61,697 nucleotides of DNA from an uncultured Peptococcaceae bacterium. GTDB taxonomy: Bacteria > Bacillota > Desulfotomaculia > Desulfotomaculales > Desulfocucumaceae. Shown here piece after piece: positions 10,459 to 20,101 of this stretch. The position numbers and the translations under genes were made by a program. The notes under the pieces are model-generated. The model was not told the DNA's origin and ran no database searches. It was given only the letters and a program-made list of their open reading frames with translations. The number at the start of each line of letters is the position of its first letter. The first letter of the stretch is position 1. The stretch is taken from assembly GCA_958417755.1 (NCBI GenBank), contig CATZDY010000001.1, positions 1-61,697 on the forward strand, in the 5' to 3' direction.

Positions 10459-11832
10459 ATGGTCTTTTCAGGATTGGCGGAAAAGCTGCAGGAGACCTTT
10501 CGTAAGTTAAAAGGAAAGGGCCGATTAACAGAAGATGATGTGGATGAAGCTTTAAAAGAAGTGCGTCGAGCTCTTTTGGATGCTGACGTGAATTTTAAAG
10601 TGGTAAAAAGCTTTCAACAGCGGGTAAAAGAAAGAGCTGTAGGTTCCGATATTTTGAACAGCCTAACCCCTGGTCAACAAGTGGTAAAAATTGTACATGA
10701 AGAATTGGCTCAATTGATGGGTGGGGTACAAAGTAAAATTAACATTGCTTCTAAACCACCCACTGTGGTGATGATGGTGGGGTTGCAAGGGGGTGGGAAA
10801 ACCACCAGTTCAGCCAAATTGGCTGCCATGTTACGAAAAAATGGGAAAAGGCCTTTGTTGGCGGCAGCAGATATATATCGCCCTGCAGCCATCAAACAAT
10901 TGCAAGTTTTGGGTGAACAGTTGCAAATTCCCGTATTTTCCATGGGAGATAAAAGCAATCCAGTGGATATTGCCAAAGCAGCTGTGGAAAATGCCATTGG
11001 CAATAGCCGGGATGTGGTGATCATTGATACAGCCGGTCGTTTGCATGTGGATGAAGCCTTGATGGAAGAATTGGCTGCCATCAAAGCCACGGTAAAGCCC
11101 CATGAAATATTGTTGGTGGTGGATGCCATGACTGGGCAAGTGGCAGTCAATGTGGCGGAATCCTTTAACCAGCGCTTGGGTTTGGATGGTGTGGTGCTAA
11201 CCAAGTTGGATGGTGATACCCGGGGAGGAGCAGCCCTATCCATCAAGGCAGTGACAGGTTGTCCCATTAAATTTGTGGGCATGGGGGAAAAGCTGGATGC
11301 CTTGGAAGCTTTTCATCCCGACCGTATGGCAGATAGAATTTTGGGCATGGGGGATGTGATGACCCTCATTGAAAAGGCCCAGGAAAATTTTGATGCTGAA
11401 CGGGTGGAACAGCTAAATCAAAAAATAAAGCAAGCCAATTTTACGTTGGAAGATTTTTTACAACAAGTGCAAGAAGTGAAAAAAATGGGCTCTTTAAGCC
11501 AATTGATCAGCATGATTCCTGGTCTGGGGAATAGCAAAAAATTAAAGGACCTTGGGGAAATTGATGAAAAGGAATTGGTGTATGTGGAGGCCATTGTCAA
11601 GTCCATGACCCCATGGGAAAGGGCCCATTCTCATGAGATTAGCGGTAGCCGTAAAAAGCGTATTGCCAAGGGCAGTGGAACTTCTGTACAAGAGGTAAAT
11701 AGATTGCTAAAACAATTTGAGCAAACAAAAAAAATGGTCAAACAATTCATGGATATAGAAAAAAGCCCCAAAAAGGCTGGTAAAATGGGCATTAACTCAC
11801 TGTTGGGTATGGGTAAAAAAGACCTTTTTTAA
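10459..11832 (+). CDS. ffh: signal recognition particle protein Ffh
   Basis: GLQGGGKTT, DTAGR, TKLDGD and a Met-rich M-domain. Start chosen at ATG 10459 (MVFSGLAEKLQ), the canonical Ffh N-terminus. Confidence 0.95.
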   Translation: MVFSGLAEKLQETFRKLKGKGRLTEDDVDEALKEVRRALLDADVNFKVVKSFQQRVKERAVGSDILNSLTPGQQVVKIVHEELAQLMGGVQSKINIASKPPTVVMMVGLQGGGKTTSSAKLAAMLRKNGKRPLLAAADIYRPAAIKQLQVLGEQLQIPVFSMGDKSNPVDIAKAAVENAIGNSRDVVIIDTAGRLHVDEALMEELAAIKATVKPHEILLVVDAMTGQVAVNVAESFNQRLGLDGVVLTKLDGDTRGGAALSIKAVTGCPIKFVGMGEKLDALEAFHPDRMADRILGMGDVMTLIEKAQENFDAERVEQLNQKIKQANFTLEDFLQQVQEVKKMGSLSQLISMIPGLGNSKKLKDLGEIDEKELVYVEAIVKSMTPWERAHSHEISGSRKKRIAKGSGTSVQEVNRLLKQFEQTKKMVKQFMDIEKSPKKAGKMGINSLLGMGKKDLF

Positions 11833-11944
11833 ACAATATCCATCAAATCATAACCGTAATTTTGTATCACCAAAAAATTTGCGGATAGAAGAAAGGCTAT
11901 TGTTTTTGTGAAGAAGGAATAGAGAGCTAAGGAGATGAAAGATA

Positions 11945-12211
11945 ATGGTAAAAATCAGATTGAAAAGAATGGGTGCAAAAAAGAAACCTTTTTACAGAAT
12001 TGTGGTGGCTGATTCTAGATGCCCCCGGGATGGCCGGTTTATTGAAGAAATCGGTTATTATGATCCTCTAAAGGAGCCTGTTGTCATTAAGATTGATGAG
12101 ACCAAGGCTACGGATTGGCTGCAAAAAGGTGCTCAATTGACTGACACTGCCCGGGCTTTGTTTAAAAAAGCGGGCATACTGGGAAAAACCACGGAGATCA
12201 ATCAGTCCTAA
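11945..12211 (+). CDS. rpsP: 30S ribosomal protein S16
   Basis: [25 protein letters not shown], with an AAGGAGA SD. Confidence 0.97.
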   Translation: MVKIRLKRMGAKKKPFYRIVVADSRCPRDGRFIEEIGYYDPLKEPVVIKIDETKATDWLQKGAQLTDTARALFKKAGILGKTTEINQS

Positions 12212-12227
12212 AGGGAGGATCTGACCC

Positions 12228-12455
12228 ATGAAAGAAGTGGTGGAGGTTTTAGCCAAAGCATTGGTAGAAAAACCTGAAGAAGTTTCGGTTGTTATGGTTG
12301 AAAATGAAAAATCTTGCTTGATTGAATTGAAAGTAGCTGCTGAAGATATGGGTAAGGTGATTGGAAAACAAGGGCGCATTGCCAAAGCAATTCGCACAGT
12401 GGTCAAAGCAGCTGCCATTAAACAAAAGAAGAAAGTAACCATGGAGATTGTATAG
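12228..12455 (+). CDS. KH-domain RNA-binding protein (YlqC family)
   Basis: 75 aa with GKVIGKQGRIAKAIR (the GxxG KH loop). It directly follows rpsP. Confidence 0.9.
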   Translation: MKEVVEVLAKALVEKPEEVSVVMVENEKSCLIELKVAAEDMGKVIGKQGRIAKAIRTVVKAAAIKQKKKVTMEIV

Positions 12456-12684
12456 TATAAATTTTGTAAAACTTGATGCAAACACAGGCAAAAATCCTAG
12501 TATGTAATGCCAAATACAGTGGAGTTCCAATGGTGTTTATCAAAACACCATTGGCTGCCAAAGGCAGTATAAACAATGAAAAAAAGGTCATTCCTGGGGA
12601 ATGATTTGAGCATAACAAGGATTTTGATACTAAGGGGGCTATAGGGCTCCCTTTCTGGTTTATCCATTGATTGGAGGGATGAGG

Positions 12685-13098
12685 GTGCAAGAGGTGATAA
12701 TCAAAAGGCCTGTATCAATTCTGACCAGGGTGACGGAAGGATATAAAAAACAAGTGGCTGCTGAAATACAGGAGGCCATTGCTATGATGGATGCCCAAAT
12801 ACAGCAATTGGAATTTCAATTTCGCCGGGCTTTGGTTGAATTGGAAAAGCGCAATCCCCAAGGGATTCCTGCGGCCAAACAGCATTTGGAAAAGGAACAA
12901 AACACCAAGAGGGAATCCAAACAAAGGCTCCTGGAAAAACTGAAAGAAGTGGCAGACTGGACAATGGGTCAGGAAGTGCTCCAAGGACAAGCGGAAAGCA
13001 CGGTTAAGGTGCAGGTGGGGGATTCTTGGTCTAAGCTCATGGGGGTTAAAATTGTGATTGAAGATGATGTGGTGGTGGAGATACGTCAAGGTGATTAA
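12685..13098 (+). CDS. ylqD: YlqD-family protein
   Basis: Coiled-coil-rich small protein between the KH protein and rimM, the same position as Bacillus ylqD. A GGAGGG SD at 12673-12678 favours GTG 12685 over TTG 12667. Confidence 0.65.
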   Translation: MQEVIIKRPVSILTRVTEGYKKQVAAEIQEAIAMMDAQIQQLEFQFRRALVELEKRNPQGIPAAKQHLEKEQNTKRESKQRLLEKLKEVADWTMGQEVLQGQAESTVKVQVGDSWSKLMGVKIVIEDDVVVEIRQGD

Positions 13099-13110
13099 AG
13101 GAGGGGGTTT

Positions 13111-13626
13111 ATGTCAGAGGAACAATATATTAGCATCGGAAAAATTGTCAATACCCATGGTCATCGAGGGGAGTTGCGGATTTTCCCCCTAACAGATTTC
13201 CCCAAACGGTTTTTAACCATGGATGCAGTGACGCTGTATAGCCAGGGAATGCGCAGGGACATGCATATAGAAAGGGCCCGTTTGCACAAGCAGTATGTAA
13301 TTGTGCAATTCAAAGAAGTGCCAGATATGAATGAAGCAGAAAAATTAAAGGGCGCCTTGTTGCAAATTACCAAAGAGCAATTGGTGGCTTTGCCTGAGGA
13401 TAGTTTTTATGTGTTTGATATCATTGGGCTAAAGGTCTTTGACCCCCAGGGGGTGTATCTGGGCATTGTGGAGGATATTATTCAAACAGGCGCCAATGAC
13501 GTATATGTGGTGGCCGGGGAAAAGGGCAAACCATTGCTGGTGCCAGCGTTAAAAGATGTGGTGAAACAAGTGGACATTCAGGGCGGAAAAATGGTTGTGG
13601 TGTTGTTGGAGGAGGAAGAAGGATAA
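13111..13626 (+). CDS. rimM: 16S rRNA processing protein RimM
   Basis: IGKIVNTHGHRGELRIFPLTDFP plus a PRC-barrel C-terminus. GGAGGGGG SD. Confidence 0.93.
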   Translation: MSEEQYISIGKIVNTHGHRGELRIFPLTDFPKRFLTMDAVTLYSQGMRRDMHIERARLHKQYVIVQFKEVPDMNEAEKLKGALLQITKEQLVALPEDSFYVFDIIGLKVFDPQGVYLGIVEDIIQTGANDVYVVAGEKGKPLLVPALKDVVKQVDIQGGKMVVVLLEEEEG

Positions 13627-13713
13627 CCAAAATGAGGGAAATTGCCATGATAAAATTTATAATATATAAAATATGTATAAAATAAGGAATTTGTTTCCAA
13701 GGGGCTGGTTTGG

Positions 13714-14526
13714 TTGCACATTGATATCTTAACGCTTTTTCCCGAGATGTTTGCTGGTCCTTTTGACGTCAGTATGATGAAACGGGCCCAAGAGAAAGGC
13801 CTTGTGTCCATTGATTATATCAATATTCGGGATTTTGCTGGAAATAAACACAATATGGTGGATGATACGCCTTATGGAGGCGGAGCGGGAATGGTCATGA
13901 TGCCAGAACCTATTTTACGGGCTGTAAAATGGGCCAAAGCCCGTAAATCATCTGAGACCAGTAAAGTGATATACGTTAGTCCTGGGGGAAAGCAATGGAA
14001 CCAAAGATTGGCTGAAAAAATGGCCCAGGAAGAACACTTATTATTGCTGTGCGGACATTATGAAGGCATTGACCAGCGGGTGATGGATGCTTTGGTGGAT
14101 GAAGAGATATCCATTGGTGATTATGTCTTGACTGGCGGTGAATTGCCAGCCATGGTGGTGGTGGATACTGTGGTGCGCCTGATTCCCGGAGTTTTGGGAG
14201 AGCAGACTTCCACCCAGGAAGAATCCTTTAGCGAAGGTCTATTAGAGTATCCCCAATATACCAGGCCCAGGGAATGCTGTTCTTTGGCTGTGCCAGAGGT
14301 ATTGTTAAACGGTCATCACGAACAGATTCGGCTGTGGCGGCGAAAACAATCGTTATTGAAAACCTTGTTCCAGAGGCCGGACTTATTGACCTCTGCTGTG
14401 TTGACAGAAGAAGATAAATATTTGTGCAAAGAAATTGTTTTGTTTTTGGAATCTCTGGGCTTACCGGATACTTTGGAGCAAAAACGAAAAAAACGCCACC
14501 AAAAGGAAGAGGAGCTCAAAGCATAA
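13714..14526 (+). CDS. trmD: tRNA (guanine37-N1)-methyltransferase TrmD, with a Lys/Glu-rich C-terminal tail
   Basis: MHIDILTLFPEMF, YGGGAGMVM and LLCGHYEGIDQRV. TTG start. Confidence 0.93.
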   Translation: MHIDILTLFPEMFAGPFDVSMMKRAQEKGLVSIDYINIRDFAGNKHNMVDDTPYGGGAGMVMMPEPILRAVKWAKARKSSETSKVIYVSPGGKQWNQRLAEKMAQEEHLLLLCGHYEGIDQRVMDALVDEEISIGDYVLTGGELPAMVVVDTVVRLIPGVLGEQTSTQEESFSEGLLEYPQYTRPRECCSLAVPEVLLNGHHEQIRLWRRKQSLLKTLFQRPDLLTSAVLTEEDKYLCKEIVLFLESLGLPDTLEQKRKKRHQKEEELKA

Positions 14527-14573
14527 AATGGACTTTCTTTGCACTTGATTAGGGGTTGGAATGGAGGAATGGC

Positions 14574-15818
14574 ATGATTGCAGAAGTATTGTTTACAGGT
14601 ACAGAATTGATTTTAGGGCAAACGTTGAATACCAACTCCCAAATTTTGCAACAAACATTAGCGCTTTTGGGCATTGATTTATATTACCAAGTAACAGCTG
14701 GAGATAATTTGCAACGTTGTGCTGAGGCCATCAAGCAGGCTGCTACAAGGGCTGATTTGATTGTGGTAGGGGGAGGTTTGGGACCCACTGAAGATGATGT
14801 GAGCAGAGAAGCTTTGGCCCAAGCTCTGCAAGTAGAACTACAGTCAAGCGCCCAGGGGATGGAAGTGGTAAAACGATTTTTTGTACAAAGGGGCTTGTGT
14901 GTATCAGAAAAAAATAAAAAACAGGCTTTGGTTCCCGCAGGAGGAGAAATTTTGGATAATCCTGTGGGCACAGCCCCAGGCATTTGGTTGGAGCAGGAGG
15001 GGAAAACCTATATTTTATTGCCAGGACCGCCCCATGAGTTTAAAAAAATGTTACAAGACGTGGTAGTTCCCAGGTTGAAAACAAAGTTAGGGGTTCATCA
15101 CAGTATCATTCGGTCAAAGGTATTGCATGTTTGCGGAATTGGGGAAGCGGATTTGGATGAATGTTTGGGCGTTTTGCTGAAAAGCCCAAATCCCACAGTG
15201 GCGCCCACTGCCAAGCGGTCGGAGGTTCATCTGAGAATTACGGCCAAAGCAGCGGAGGACAGTCTAGCGGATAACATGATAGCCAGCATGGAAGAACAAA
15301 TTCGGAGTATTGTGGGCACCCATGTTTACGGAACAGATGAAGATACCATGCCCCAGGTGTTGATGGCCCGTTTGCTCCAAGAAAAGTATCGGTTAGGCCT
15401 TGGGGAAGGATTCACCGGAGGAAGGCTCAGTAGTTTGCTGGCCACAGCAAAAGGGGCGGAAGAAGTTTTTGCTGGCAGTGTATTGCTGGGTCCACAGGTT
15501 TCTCCATTCTTTTCCTCTTTGGGGTTTGAGACATTTTCCTTAGCCAAAACTGAGGAAAAGCAAAAAAGGCAAATGCTTCTGAAACTAAAGCAAATCTTAT
15601 CCTGTGATATTTGTTTGTTGATCAGTGAAGGCCTTGTTTACCCCAAGCCGGATGGCTCTGTGGATTACACCTTTTGGTTGGGGGCAGATGTACGGGGCAA
15701 CGTGATGTCCAAGGAAATATCTGTTTGGGGAGAAAATCGCTTGGCAGCAGCGGATTTAGCTGCCACAAGAATTCTGGTGCTGTTGTGGCGGTATTTAGCC
15801 CACCAAGCTGCTTTTTAA
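14574..15818 (+). CDS. cinA: CinA-family protein (MoCF-binding domain plus PncC-like NMN amidohydrolase domain)
   Basis: MIAEVLFTGTELILGQTLNTNS is the canonical CinA start. GGAGG SD at 14563-14567. The C-terminal half contains GFTGGRLSSLL. Confidence 0.85.
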   Translation: MIAEVLFTGTELILGQTLNTNSQILQQTLALLGIDLYYQVTAGDNLQRCAEAIKQAATRADLIVVGGGLGPTEDDVSREALAQALQVELQSSAQGMEVVKRFFVQRGLCVSEKNKKQALVPAGGEILDNPVGTAPGIWLEQEGKTYILLPGPPHEFKKMLQDVVVPRLKTKLGVHHSIIRSKVLHVCGIGEADLDECLGVLLKSPNPTVAPTAKRSEVHLRITAKAAEDSLADNMIASMEEQIRSIVGTHVYGTDEDTMPQVLMARLLQEKYRLGLGEGFTGGRLSSLLATAKGAEEVFAGSVLLGPQVSPFFSSLGFETFSLAKTEEKQKRQMLLKLKQILSCDICLLISEGLVYPKPDGSVDYTFWLGADVRGNVMSKEISVWGENRLAAADLAATRILVLLWRYLAHQAAF

Positions 15819-15943
15819 ATTTTTATTACAAAAATATGACAAATGGGATGAAAAACATAGGAATTTGTGGTAATCTATGGGGGAAGAAACTTTTGATTCA
15901 GCCATGAACTGGTGAAGGATGGCTTTTAGGTGAGGTATCGGTA

Positions 15944-17464
15944 GTGTTATCCATCGTACATAGCACGGCATTGCAGGGCTTAGAGGGTTGTATTGTCAGG
16001 GTGGAAGTGGATGTGTCTAATGGATTGCCTTGTTTTGATCTAGTAGGGCTAGGTGACATAGCGGTGAAGGAGTCCAGGGACAGGGTGCGCACAGCCATTA
16101 AAAATTCGGGTTTTGAATTTCCCGTGAAACGAATTATTGTGAATCTTGCCCCTGGTAATTTAAAAAAAGAAGGCCCCATGTATGATTTGGCAGTAGCCAT
16201 TAGCATTCTGGCCGCCACCAATCAAATTGCCCAAGAGGTTTGCCAGGATTTTGTTTTTATCGGAGAGCTGTCTTTAAATGGCGAAGTGCGGGCTGTCACA
16301 GGGGTTTTACCCAATGTCATGACTGCAGCAGAGCTGGGATTTGCCTCTGTGGTGGTACCCATGGAAAATGCTGCAGAAGCAGCATTGGTAAAACAGATAA
16401 AAGTATATCCTGTAGCATCATTGACCCAATTGGTTTGTTTTTTAAGCGGTCAGGAATCTATTCTGCCCTATGCAGCAACCCCGGAGGAAAGGGATTTTGC
16501 CCCTAAACCGGATTTTGCAGAGGTAAAGGGACAATATGCCGCCCGGCGGGCCTTGGAAATTGCTGCTGCTGGGGGACATAATATTCTAATGGTGGGAAGC
16601 CCTGGATCAGGGAAAACCTTGTTAGCCCGTTGTGTACCCGGTATTATGCCTAGAATGAATGATGAGGAGTCTTTGGAAACAGCCAAACTATATAGTTTGG
16701 CAGGATTGTTTCCTTATAGAAAAAATCGGTTTACCCAAAGGCCCTTTCGAGCGCCCCATCATAGTGCTTCTGCCGTTGCTTTGGTGGGAGGCGGTAAATA
16801 TCCCCGCCCTGGGGAAATCAGTTTAGCCCATCATGGTGTTCTATTTTTGGATGAAATGCCGGAATTTCATAAAGATGCCTTGGAGGCTTTACGGCAGCCC
16901 TTGGAGGATGGGATTGTGACCATTTCCAGGGTAAATGCCACAGTACAGTATCCTGCTCAATGGATGTTGGTAGGGGCTTGTAATCCTTGTCCTTGCGGTT
17001 TTCGTGGAGATATGCTGAAGGAATGTACCTGCAATCCTGCCCAGATTCAACGGTATATGGGACGGTTATCCGGCCCTTTATTGGATCGAATTGATATGAT
17101 AATCCATATACCCCGGGTGACCTATGAAGAATTGACCCAAGATCAAATAGGAGAATCCTCAGTGCAAATGCAAAAGAGGGTACAAGCAGCCCGGGAAATT
17201 CAATGGGCGCGTTTTGCTTTGGGAGCCAAAGGATGTAATGCTATTTTGACAGGCAAAGCAGTGAAACAGCATTGTGAGCTGACCAGAGAAGCGAAAAATT
17301 TGTTGCAATCCGCTTTTCAACGTTTCCATTTAAGCGCCCGAAGCCATAACCGAATTTTAAAAGTAGCCAGAACTGTGGCGGATTTGGCCAATAGCTTGCA
17401 AATAGAAGCAGCGCATTTGGCTGAGGCAATCCAGTTTCGAGGGGAAAACAAAATGCTTGTATGA
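15944..17464 (+). CDS. YifB/ComM-family Mg-chelatase-like AAA+ ATPase
   Basis: Lon-protease-like N-domain, Walker A GSPGSGKTLLA and Walker B LFLDEMPEF. 506 aa, GTG start. Confidence 0.9.
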   Translation: MLSIVHSTALQGLEGCIVRVEVDVSNGLPCFDLVGLGDIAVKESRDRVRTAIKNSGFEFPVKRIIVNLAPGNLKKEGPMYDLAVAISILAATNQIAQEVCQDFVFIGELSLNGEVRAVTGVLPNVMTAAELGFASVVVPMENAAEAALVKQIKVYPVASLTQLVCFLSGQESILPYAATPEERDFAPKPDFAEVKGQYAARRALEIAAAGGHNILMVGSPGSGKTLLARCVPGIMPRMNDEESLETAKLYSLAGLFPYRKNRFTQRPFRAPHHSASAVALVGGGKYPRPGEISLAHHGVLFLDEMPEFHKDALEALRQPLEDGIVTISRVNATVQYPAQWMLVGACNPCPCGFRGDMLKECTCNPAQIQRYMGRLSGPLLDRIDMIIHIPRVTYEELTQDQIGESSVQMQKRVQAAREIQWARFALGAKGCNAILTGKAVKQHCELTREAKNLLQSAFQRFHLSARSHNRILKVARTVADLANSLQIEAAHLAEAIQFRGENKMLV

Positions 17465-17485
17465 ACCAGGCGTTTGGATAAGAAA

Positions 17486-17538
17486 GAAGCATATACTTAG
17501 TGTAAGGTGGAGGGGACTAAGTATATGCTTCTTCTTTT
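17486..17538. terminator. bidirectional terminator (ComM-like gene / pspC-domain gene)
   Basis: 16-bp perfect stem GAAGCATATACTTAGT/ACTAAGTATATGCTTC with T-rich flanks on both strands. Confidence 0.85.
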
Positions 17539-17598
17539 ATGGATTGATCTTACTCCGGATTGTGTATAGGACAATTGGAATAAGAAATGTAAATGAAA

Positions 17599-17829
17599 TC
17601 AGTCCTTTGTAATATCAATGGTTTGTCCTCCAGAGGGTTCCAGAGGAATAATAAGCCAGCCGATTAGATACAATAAAATACCAGGAAGGATAATAATGGA
17701 TAAACCCACATAAATCAAGCGTACCAGGGTGGGATCACATTTAAAATATTCTGCTAAACCTCCACAAATACCAGCTATCATCCGGTTTCTGGGAGAACGA
17801 TACAATCGTTTATAGCTTATCTTAAACAC
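17599..17829 (-). CDS. PspC-domain membrane protein
   Basis: LYRSPRNRMIAGICGGLAEYFKCDPTLVRLIYV followed by one TM helix. Confidence 0.85.
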   Translation of the reverse strand: MFKISYKRLYRSPRNRMIAGICGGLAEYFKCDPTLVRLIYVGLSIIILPGILLYLIGWLIIPLEPSGGQTIDITKD

Positions 17830-18164
17830 TCCTTTGGGCTTTTATGAATCTATGTTCTATCTATATAGACGTGAAAGGGGGAGGAAATGTTTCAAAATTG
17901 CTAAATAAAAATATAATAATTTTTGTGGGTTTTTTAGGGTTAAAATACAAATTGAGGAAATCATGATAAGAAGGTTAATGATAAGAAGGTTTTTTTAAGG
18001 TTGAAATGGAATATAACTAACTTATGAAAGAAAGAGAGAATCGTGCCTGGTTTGAAAACCTGGTTTCATTGCTAAGGGGGTGATGACAGAATCAAGGATG
18101 GTTTATTGGTCGGTTTCAGGGTATCCCCAATGTAGGCAGGTTTAACTTAAAGGAGGTTGTTTTT

Positions 18165-19469
18165 TTGAAAAGAAAGTTGTGTATCTTATTGGCAGTTACA
18201 ATGTTCACTTTGTTAACAGTTGTTCCTGCAATGGCTTCAGAGCCACCGGCTTTGCAACTCAATGGTGAACTGGTAACCGTTTCATTGCAATTGGAAAATG
18301 GTAACACTGTGATTGGAACTGATGATTATGCTCGCTTGACCGGTGCAACGGTAACCATGGATACCGCGAACAATCAAATGAAAATCGAGCAAAATGGAAA
18401 ATCCTTGGTTCTAACCTTTGGCAATACCACTGCTTCCTTGGATGGTGAATCCTTGGTTCTGCCTTTAGCTCCTGAAAAGGCAGGGAATGCAGCAATTATT
18501 CCTTTGGCCTCTGTGGCCCGGGCTTTTGGTTATGATGTACAATGGGTGCCTGAGAAATGGCAGGTTATCATGGGACAAGCCCAAAGCGAGAATGCTACAG
18601 CTAACCTGACGCCCACAGATATATTGGCAAAATCCAATGCTGCTTCATTGGCTTATAATACCTATTCTATGAATGGTAAAATGGATATGACCATGAAGAT
18701 AACAGCAGATGGTAAGGATTTGGATTTAGGCAATATGGAAACCACCACAGATATGAAAGCCCAATACCGCCATGACCCCATGGCCATTTATGTCAAGCAA
18801 ACCATTCAAAAAACCCCTGGTAGTGTAGAGAAATCCGGTGCTTTGACAATGGAAGATATGGCTGTGGAAACCTATATGACAGATAAAAATATGTATATGA
18901 ATTTACCCAATGTGGGTTGGGTGAAATATGATTCTCCCATCAATGAAGGCCTTTGGAAAGAGTTACAAGATGTACAAAGTGACCCGTTAAAAATTGTGCA
19001 GCAAATGAAGGATTTCGGCATTGATGTGAAATTTGCTGAAGAGCAAGAAATCAACGGCAAACAATATTATGTGCTAAAAGCTGATATGGATCCGAACAAA
19101 TTTATGCAGAGTTATAAAGATCTTGTATCTGATATGATGCCTGCTTTGGATCAAGAGGATGAAAATGTAGATATAGAAAAAATGTTAGACAATATGAAAA
19201 TGACCTTTGCTTATACAGCTTATATCAACAAAGAAACCATGATCAGCGATAAAATTGATATGGACTATACGGTGGATTTTGATTTACCCCTTGATGAAAT
19301 TGTAGATGCCAACACTGCAGATACCACAGAATTACCCCAATCCATTCAAATGACCATGACTGGTACAGGAACATTTAATATTACAGGATTGGGTGACGAA
19401 TTTGTGGAGCCTGATTTGAGTCAAGCAGTGGATGCAAAGGATCTACCGGAAGATGCTATACAAGAATAA
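18165..19469 (+). CDS. secreted protein: copper-amine-oxidase N-terminal (stalk) domain plus LolA/DUF6612-like C-terminal domain
   Basis: Signal peptide MKRKLCILLAVTMFTLLTVVPAMA. The CuAO-N-type repeat ends IPLASVARAFGYDVQW. AAAGGAGG SD before TTG 18165. Confidence 0.7.
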   Translation: MKRKLCILLAVTMFTLLTVVPAMASEPPALQLNGELVTVSLQLENGNTVIGTDDYARLTGATVTMDTANNQMKIEQNGKSLVLTFGNTTASLDGESLVLPLAPEKAGNAAIIPLASVARAFGYDVQWVPEKWQVIMGQAQSENATANLTPTDILAKSNAASLAYNTYSMNGKMDMTMKITADGKDLDLGNMETTTDMKAQYRHDPMAIYVKQTIQKTPGSVEKSGALTMEDMAVETYMTDKNMYMNLPNVGWVKYDSPINEGLWKELQDVQSDPLKIVQQMKDFGIDVKFAEEQEINGKQYYVLKADMDPNKFMQSYKDLVSDMMPALDQEDENVDIEKMLDNMKMTFAYTAYINKETMISDKIDMDYTVDFDLPLDEIVDANTADTTELPQSIQMTMTGTGTFNITGLGDEFVEPDLSQAVDAKDLPEDAIQE

Positions 19470-19523
19470 TAACAAATTCAGGGATAGAAATAGTATCAAA
19501 AGCATAAAGAACAAGGATTTCAA

Positions 19524-19566
19524 AAGGGTCTATTGCCAAAAATTGCAATAGACCCTTCCTTTTTTA
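19524..19566 (+). terminator. intrinsic terminator
   Basis: AAGGGTCTATTGC/GCAATAGACCCTT 13-bp stem followed by CCTTTTTT. Confidence 0.85.
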
Positions 19567-20101
19567 TTGGTATTAGTCTGACATGGGGGAAAACTTACCA
19601 TAGAATCCACTGGAAAGAGCAGGGAATTAACACAGACTTTTCTACTATACACGATATTACAAACTGGAGTGAACTTGCGAAATTGGTGTTAGAGTAGCCA
19701 TCCGCTCTTTGGTCTACTATGGCCTTTTTAGCATTATATTTACAAGCAATGGATATCTCGCTTCTGTTCGGAAGCTGACTATTATTTCTAATGCTAACCT
19801 GTGATAGGCGGCTATTTATCCAGCCGGATTGGCAAAAAAACGATTATTCTGGGGTTTGCAGTCCTTGTTTTTGCTATTCGTGTATGAATTTGTTTGCCTC
19901 TTATAACTGGATGATTAGGTATGCCATGAGAATCAAGAAACAAAATGATCCGTTCACTTCTGCTTCCTGCATGGTTAGGGAAATGCAGAATATAACAAAA
20001 CAAGGAATAAGATTTAGCTCAGTTGACAATGGTTACAAAAAATGCTATTTTCACCTAAAGAAATGATTTTAAAAATCTGATAAACAGAAGAAGGTGAGAA
20101 A

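Noticed and set aside
10710-11282. Long antisense track ORFs inside conserved genes. Examples: 10710-11282(-) in ffh, 24589-25143(-) in relA, 47601-48056(-) in ruvX, 23010-23465(-) in recJ, 12068-12481(-) across rpsP/KH, 3264-3692(-) in the ligase and 49619-50143(-) in vanW.
   Set aside because: Each lies opposite a gene with unmistakable family motifs. Their translations are low-complexity or unrecognisable, and they lack SD sequences. They are typical shadow ORFs.
19791-20066. Track ORFs 19791-20066(+) and 19812-20003(-).
   Set aside because: They are mutually overlapping, have no SD and no family features as intact proteins. I kept them only as possible transposase debris (see findings).
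19900-20101. Molybdenum-cofactor (Moco) riboswitch expected in front of mop.
   Set aside because: I could not find the conserved CCGAG/GCCUCC-type elements I remember for the motif. I did not call it, but a covariance-model scan would be decisive.
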